This document shows, piece by piece, positions 54,825-64,000 of a stretch of 64,000 bases of DNA. Numbering within the stretch: the first letter of the stretch is position 1; each line of letters starts with the position of its first letter. A program made the position numbers and the translations under genes. The notes beneath the pieces are model-generated. The model saw nothing but the letters and a program-made list of their open reading frames with translations. It made no database searches and was not told where the DNA came from. This DNA comes from the human T2T-CHM13v2.0 reference genome, Homo sapiens. The stretch is from assembly GCF_009914755.1 (NCBI RefSeq), contig NC_060930.1. One strand, written 5' to 3'.

Positions 54825-57289
54825 CTACCCAAAGCTATCTACAGTTTTAATGTAAACTCTCTTAAACTTTCATTGTAATTTCTCATAAAAAATAGAAAAG
54901 CAATCCTATAGATTATGTGAAATTACAAAAAGGCCTAATACTCAAGGCAATAATGAGCAAAATAAAATAAAGCTAGAGGCATCACAATATCTGATTTCAA
55001 ATTACACTGCAAATCAATAGTAATCAAAATAGCATGGTACTGCCCCCCTCCCAAGAAAAAAATAGACATATTGACCAATGGAACTGTATGGAGGGTGCAG
55101 AAATGAACCCACACTGTATGGTCAATTGTCAAAACTATCAAGAACACCCAATGGAAAAAAACAGTTCTTCAATCAACGGCGTTGAGAAAACTGGATATCC
55201 ACAAGCAGAAGACGTAATTTGGTCTTTTTCTCACAACACATACAAAAATCAACTCAAAATGCATTAAAGAATTAAAAGTAAGGTCAGAAATTGTAGAAGT
55301 ACTAGAAGAAAACATAGGGCAAAAACTATACAACATTGAGTTGGGCAATATTTTTTTAGATTTGAACCCAAAAGTGCAGGCAACAAAAGCAAAAATAGAC
55401 AAATGGGATTACATCAAACTAAAAGTTTCTGCAAAGGAAGGAAAAAAAATAATAGTGCGAAGGGACAACCTAGAGATTGTGAGAAAATATTTGCAAGCCA
55501 CACACTCAATAAGGTGTTAAATCAAAACTATATTAAGAACTCAGACAACTGAATAGCAAGAAAAAATTATTTAAATGAGTAAGGGACCTGAATAGACATT
55601 TCTCAAAAGAAAACATACAAATGACTAACAGATATATGAAAAATAATTCACCATTGTTAATCATTGGGGAAATGCAAATTAAAACCACAGTGACATATCA
55701 CCTCACACTAGTTAGAATAGCTGTAACAAAAAAGACATAATGTATTGGAGTAATGACAAGCTAGAAGAAATGTAATATTATTAGTAGTCTACTTCATAAA
55801 AATATTTTCCCAGAACCAAAGCGAGCAACTAGTACCAAACCACTACCTAATGCTAGGTCATATACAGCATGTAATATAATATAATTACAATATCTGAATA
55901 ACTAATGAATATAAAATAAAAGAAACAAATGTCCTTTCGGAGGTGGCCAGAGAGGATATGTCATATGAAAAAAAAGCAATACCCAGTAAGCCCTTTAGAC
56001 TTTTAACAAAATGTATGAAGGATTTGGGTTCTATTAAGGAAGAACAAAAAGCATATTTTTATTATTTTTTTCAAAAATTGGTTTCATCAATTTTAGTATA
56101 CAGCTATATTTAAAGTGTTCTTATAACTCTTGTCCCACAAAATTATCTTGCAAATAGACTTCAAAGCCAGTTGTGGAACTGTGTTTTAATACAAGCAGTG
56201 TGCTGTGAATTCTTATGAAGCATATGGAGCAATAGATGAAAAAGGGAACCTACAAAAAATACAAATTGGTAAGCTGTGAGTTCACAATATGTAAGTTCAA
56301 AGGCAGAAAGGAGAGTACATAGGGTCAGACAGAAAAATCTAATGAAGGGGCAACATATTTTCCACAGAGAGAACACATGTAATAACAATAGTAATTGTTA
56401 TCTAAGGTTATCTTACTTTACAATAAGTATTAATAGTAATTATTGTTTCTAAAGCCATACAAATTGAATTTAAAAGAAAAGAATTTATGGGGACATTAAT
56501 AAGCGAGAGGGAAAAATTCTTCCCCGACAATAAATTTAAACATTAGAAACAAGTTTTATTTAATTTTTTCTGTTCTTTCCTTTAATAGATAGATGGAAGC
56601 CTTTACTTTGCTAATGTATAATGTGAATTTGCATGAGATATATTTGATATGTAGTATTAATCAAGATTATTTGTACAAGTAATCCTTTACAAATCAAACA
56701 GATGTACATTTACCAAAAACAGAAGTGCATGTGGGAATAGCCAGTTTGGGAAATACTGTTGTAAAGAGTTTTAGAAGGAGATATATTATAAAAAGCAAGA
56801 ATGATTTTGTTTCTGACCCTTGTAATTGATTAAAGCATACAGAAGCTTGATTTGAAAGTAAAGAAACATTTGAAAGGCTGAATGAGAGGTTTCCAGAATG
56901 TAAGATAATGCAATTTCAGCATGTTAAATATAAGATACATTGATTTCAGTATATATTTTTAAATATAGGATAATGTGATTTCAGTATATTCATTATTGGA
57001 CAATTTGCTGTGCAACCTTTAAAGAAAAGTTATTTATCAATGAATAAGCCTCCCTCAGAATTAAAAGAAATGCTGACTGCATTTACTTTATTAGTCCTAT
57101 ATTATCTAGACGTAATGAAATAAGATAAAGAGAAAAATGTTGGCATGTAAAATTGAGAGTTTGTACAGGGTAGTAAAAGGGCTATAGAAGAAATAAATCA
57201 ATATATTGTATATAATAGACTTAAACTTTAAAATTAAGTATTTAGAACTACGTGCACATTTCATTCTACAAGTAAGGTTCCTAGAATGA

Positions 57290-57904
<615 letters not shown>

Positions 57905-58284
57905 TCAATTTAATAAACCCAGCAAGTTAGCTCTGAAATATTTGGTGAGATTTGTGTTTACTGTTTATAATAATCACAGTTTAATCTCTTAAGGAGTTTT
58001 AATCTATGTCTTGGGAGAGATTCTCATGAAATCACAATATTACATAAAAATATTTGATTAAAGTTTAACATAAAAGGGACATTTAGAGACAATAACTCTA
58101 TTGTTGAGGAAGTTCTGGATAGATACATTTGTAGTTTTTATGTGCCCATCCATACGCTGTCATTGTATGTCACTTGAAACTGCCTCTATACCTCCTTTGA
58201 GGGCTCATTTGGAGCATCAGGTCTTATACATCTGACATATGAAGAGGTTTCACTATGTAATAACTGTATGTACTATGACTGCCT

Positions 58285-58336
58285 GCTTCCCTCCCTCCCT
58301 TCCTTCCTTCCTTCCTTCCTTCCTTCCTTCCTTCCT
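58285..58336. repeat. (CCTT)n microsatellite
   Basis: Direct inspection. Confidence 0.95.
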
Positions 58337-59845
58337 TCCTTCCTTCCTTCCTTCCACTCTCTGCAAGCTAGGACTTTTTTTTACTTGGTAAAAGGGATCT
58401 TTTGGCAACTTGTAAAAAGATAATTTACAAACATGAGTTCCTTACTGTGAATATGGAGAATTTGTTTAAATTATCAAAGAAAGTCCCACTGAGAGCAGCG
58501 ATATAGAAAGTACCAAAGATTAGAGATTGAAATGAAGATTCAAGGCCTAATTTGGCTTTAAAAGTGTTGGGTTTATCCTGAATTTTTTAAAATAATTTAT
58601 TTGTCAATGTTTTAAATGTGTGAATTTTAGACAAAATATTTCATATGATCTGACAAAAAAGTGAAAATATATGGTCACCCTGTGACCATATAGTCTCACA
58701 AGGTTTTAGTAAAACTGCAACTGAAGGCCGTCTATTTTGAGTGTTGCAGTTTTCCAGATATTTTTGTCTACCTTCCTCCACTCATTTATGGTTGTCTGTC
58801 CTCCTAACAGTTTGAAAATTGACTCTAAGTTACAATGATGCATGTTCTAATAGACACATTTATAATTTCCTTAGTGTTTTCTAATTAAAGTTAGAGGCCC
58901 CTTGAAAACATATACATATTTCTTGAAGGTGACCTTACAGTGTGACTCCTGAGCTTCTCTCAGTTGACATTCAGCAACATCAGTTCTTTGTTTGCCAACA
59001 TACAGATTCATGTGGGAGTTTGAACTTGGGAGGAACTGTCTCTATCTACATAATTAATGAGTGTTCACTTCATTAGAGTTAAGTGCATGGCTGTTCATGT
59101 CACAGGGAGAATGGAAGATTCTTTCGTTCTTTGGTCTCAATGTGTCCTTGAGATTTTTCATCTAGCTGAAATTTCAGTCCACATTTGACTTCAGCTGGCA
59201 TATTTGTAGAAATACTTCCAAAGGAGCATCAAATTATGTATCAAATAAGTAATAATTCATTTTTAATTACTTGTCCTTTTAAAAAATACTTAAACTAGAT
59301 CAATGATGGAAGGACAAGTAAAACATGTCATTGATTTATTGGCATTGATTATATTCCTTATATTATTTCATCTTGTTTAAAACCTTAATAAGCCCATTAA
59401 CTTTGTACATTTGATTCAAATCAAATATCATTTAAACATTCCTATGTTCATAAAAGCAAGTGTGCTGAGGTTTGCTAGCAATGGGAAATTTGTATATTCA
59501 CATTCAATGCTGGAAATAGGAAGTTCAGCTGGCGAAAAGTCAAGCGGTGTCTCACTTGCTGAAAAGTAGGTTGCTTTTGTTTATTTGTGTCTTATTTTGT
59601 TCTTGAGAATGTAATGGAGAATATAGTGTTTGAAGATACTGGAATAGACATCCCAGTGCAGTTGGTGCATATAGTGAGTTGGCAATAATATTATATTCTT
59701 TCAATAGTTCTCAAAATGAGAAATGAGCTCTCACAAAATAAATACTTAAGTGGATTAAGAATTTTCTATATTTGAAAGTCTACTTTCCAAGTAATCACCC
59801 TTCACAAATCTTGCTTATAATTATATTTATATAAAAGAAATTACA

Positions 59846-60261
<416 letters not shown>

Positions 60262-60620
60262 TCAAAGAAATTTGATAAACTATCATTCTGTTTAAAATGG
60301 AGATACTCTTCCCCATTAAGTAAGCATTTATTTTGCAGGGAAAATATATCATTATCAGAATAAAATTGATCTTTCAACTGGCACCATGCTAGATATAGCA
60401 AATTAATAAATACTGAATAGTCAAGCAAAATGACCTTAGTTTATGGTGTTTTATTACATATCACAGAGACTCAAGCACCATGTTATTGCTCTTACGTTAT
60501 GTTAAAATGCTTTTAGTCAGTTATTATGCTCCTCAGAATATGCAAACATTTGCTGAGAGCCTATGATTTGAAAAATGATTGAGAATTCAGATGGATGGAT
60601 GTTTCATTAGTGTTCTTTAG

Positions 60621-61649
60621 TGTTTATGCTAATGGATGTAGATATTCATCTGCATTAGATATTACATAAGTGATATTTTTGTTAATTTGTTGACCAGAAA
60701 CATATAAAAATAATGAAGCACATGCATCTTTCTATATCTGTTAGATGGATGGATGGATGGATAAATGGATGGATGGACTGATTGGACAGACAGACAGATA
60801 ATAGATAGCCTCCATACAAAAAAGCTTGTAATGTATTTAGGAAAATAGAACATATCTCAACAGGTAAATAATAATACCAGGGAACCTAGGCTGAATGCCC
60901 AGTGAGTGATCAAGACAGAAAGTAGTATAAGTTGGGCTAATATATTGAAATCTGAAGTGGTTAAGGGGCAGAATTTACACTGCACCTTCATGTTAGATTA
61001 GTATTTTAAGAAGAGCACAGGGGAGAAACTGAGAAGCAGAAATTCCCCTAATATACTTAAGAATTCTTGCATAATGAAAATAAAATATTTGAGTTCTAAT
61101 TATAGGAATGGGCAATGCCCCTATTTAGGAAGGCTGTAAAAAATGTAGAGAAGCCATAAACTTCTACAGCTTTTAAGTAGAGAAAAGATGATGTTAAACA
61201 ACTTTTCAGTTGAGTTTGGTAGATCTTCATTTGTCCAACTTTTTAAACAGGTTACTTACATTCTATGGTTCTCGTCTTTCTACTTTTACATTGCCTACTC
61301 TCACTAAAAGAGATGTATAGATGTGGACACATTTAAATCAAAACAAAATTACAGGCAATGTTGAATACAAGCTGAAATGTTTAATATTTTTCTGGAAGCA
61401 GGAAAACACTATGGGTGAATTTGTACACAAAAAATGGAATGTGCAGTATAGTGTCTTAGGAAAAAGATCACACTTTAGAAGCAGGCTATTTCTGGGTGGG
61501 GGAAAGGAATAAAACCAATCCCTTGGAACAGATATAGAAAAATGCATGTGCTTCAATATTTTTATATGTTTCTGGTCAATGAATTAGCAGATATTACTTA
61601 TCATGTAATATCTAATGCAGATGAGTATGTACCTCCATTAGCATAAACA
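60621..61649. repeat. Long inverted repeat: arms 60621-60742 and 61527-61649, 784-nt spacer
   Basis: Manual alignment of arm 1 to the reverse complement of arm 2 gives 10 substitutions and two small gaps (~88% identity). Confidence 0.95.
60743..60805. repeat. (GATG)n/(GACA)n tetranucleotide repeat
   Basis: Direct inspection. Confidence 0.85.
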
Positions 61650-62325
61650 ATACGTTTTATTTATATTGTTGCCTCCACTGGAAAAAAACAAAATAAAACC
61701 TTGTCTCCTATAAAATAAATTGATAAAGGAACAACGCCCCAAATGTTTACAATACGTGGCTGTATGCCCCTTGATTTATAAAGTAAATCACCATAATGAT
61801 TTTTAAATTATCTAAGTCCATACAACCTGTGACTTCTGTTATGCACATCACATAACAGATACTAGTGACTGCCCATTATCTGCTAAGTAAAAGATACCAT
61901 TGAATACAGCTTATTAGTAATTATTCCCTTAAATTACTGCATTTAATCTTTGGAAACACCAATTTTTCACAACTTTTCTGGTCTAAAAATAGAGATAGCT
62001 GTTTTATCAGTGCTCTGGTTTCAGTGTAGAATAAATTGTAGATATGAATGAAACATCTTTGCACTCTATCCGTTTTCCTTTGTGGATTCTTTCTTACTGT
62101 TTTACAATGCTGTAAGCTGAGTCCACCTTTTAGGAGACATATTCTTTCTTAAAACAAAATTCATTTAATTCCTCAATATCTAGCAAGGCTATCCATTTTA
62201 ATGATCTTGTTAAACGTCTATGTGTTTTTTCCAGTTGTTTTTCTCTTCTGAAAAAACATTGGCACACTTTGAAGCATTTTGAAAAATCTCTGCCCTCCTC
62301 TCATCTTGCTAACCTTTAATTATGA

Positions 62326-62673
<348 letters not shown>

Positions 62674-64000
62674 TAAAACACAAACCAAAAGAGTTTTTAT
62701 GTTACCAACTAATGATAATGCATAGAACTATTGCTCTAAATTGTCTTATGTCATTCATTACATAACAAAATATTATATTTTGTGAAATTTCACAGAAAGA
62801 CTCATGGTCACCTTTATGATTTTTTATTTAATTTTAATATGTTTAATTGTAGCCAGCTTCAGGAAAAATAGCTATTTCTACTCTTATTACAGACTTAAAA
62901 AATAAACTTTTGTTGTTTGAATTTCATCGTGGTATATGATGAGATACAGTTAATTAAGTGAGTAAAAATTAGAAACTAATATGAAAGAAAAAATACTCTG
63001 CAGATTAAAAATGAGGTTTTATATACAATATGGGTTAACAGTTTCAAGTTAGAGAGTAAGTTTTTATCTGAATAGCTTTAGTCCAATAAATTTCTAGTTT
63101 AAGAAAGATATTAGCTTTCACTGGAGAAATTACAGTTAATTTTCTACATTAATGAGTGTGTGAAAATAGTATAGTTTCTTTTTGCCATTTAATAGTATTC
63201 TTAATCAGTTCTTTGTTTTTTTGTACCAGAGTCCTTCTAAAAATATGTATAAACTTCAAAAATATTGAGGCTATTGCTATATTTTGCATTTGAATGCAGT
63301 CATTTGTATAAATGCTTTTTGTATTATCCTTGAAAAGTTTGTCACCTCATTCAGATTCTATATTTCTAGTGCTATAATTTCCTCATTTTTATAAATATGA
63401 TGAAGACTAGGAAAATAACTCTTTCAGATGCTACATGATACTTTTTGTATGCAAATTCATTGCTCTGGATATGACAAAACCAACAGTTTAAAGTCTTCTA
63501 GTACATTATTTAATCTTTTGTATGTAAACATCTCTTTTGTTTTTGAAGAAACTCACAATATTTTAGACTTAACTTTAACCACTGTGGCAGAGTGAGATGA
63601 TATAATCTTTAATATTTAAGAGGTTTATGAACTTTAGTTGGTAAATACAAAGAGCGAAAAAGAGGTATTTTGAAAATAATGCCATACAGGAATACCAGGT
63701 AAATATTTTTTCTAATATTCTTTGAAGTGTTTGTACCTTTAGAAATATTTTTGAAAATAAAAATGCTCCTTTATCTCTAATAACTTATGTCATAATTATT
63801 TATCCTTCCTGGAATCAGAATTTTGGATACAGTATTTGTACATTTTTGCTTGATTACAGTACTTGACACTGAGGAATGTTATCATAAATGTATATTTTTA
63901 TAACCCCATTTTGTCTATGACTGAAATAACAAATTAAAGTTTTTGAAGAATTCAGAAAATAACATGATTTGTTTTCACAACACATTCAGGTTGTTATTTA

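Overview
AT-rich primate genomic DNA, human or another catarrhine (AluY, AluS, AluJ, young L1PA, THE1 and MSTA are all present). The window lies inside the kainate-type glutamate receptor gene GRIK2 (GluK2/GluR6) on the + strand. Only two coding exons are present: 42385-42610 (S2 ligand-binding segment) and 62372-62622 (end of S2, M4 helix, start of the C-tail). Together they correspond to roughly K696-K854 of the precursor. The rest is intron: >42 kb upstream, 19.76 kb between the exons, and 1.4 kb downstream. The introns are filled with decayed L1, L2, MIR, Alu, MaLR/ERV1 LTRs, DNA-transposon remnants and microsatellites. All other ORFs in the track are repeat-derived or chance ORFs, and I found no new protein-coding system. 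The best leads are non-coding. (1) A consensus recursive-splice site (polyY-CAG|GTAAGT) followed by a 174-nt stop-containing candidate RS-exon at 35.8 kb. (2) A non-TE ~122-bp inverted repeat 0.7 kb upstream of the M4 exon, whose substitutions are mostly G-U compatible on the sense RNA (candidate ADAR or splicing stem). (3) A probable ~4.8-kb intronic inversion that splits one L1MA into opposite-strand halves. (4) A probable L1PA 3' transduction, two twin-priming L1 insertions and a templated 80-bp local copy. (5) A tandem acceptor and an intronic poly(A) read-through option at the M4 exon. Repeat subfamily names come from remembered consensus sequences and need RepeatMasker/Dfam confirmation.
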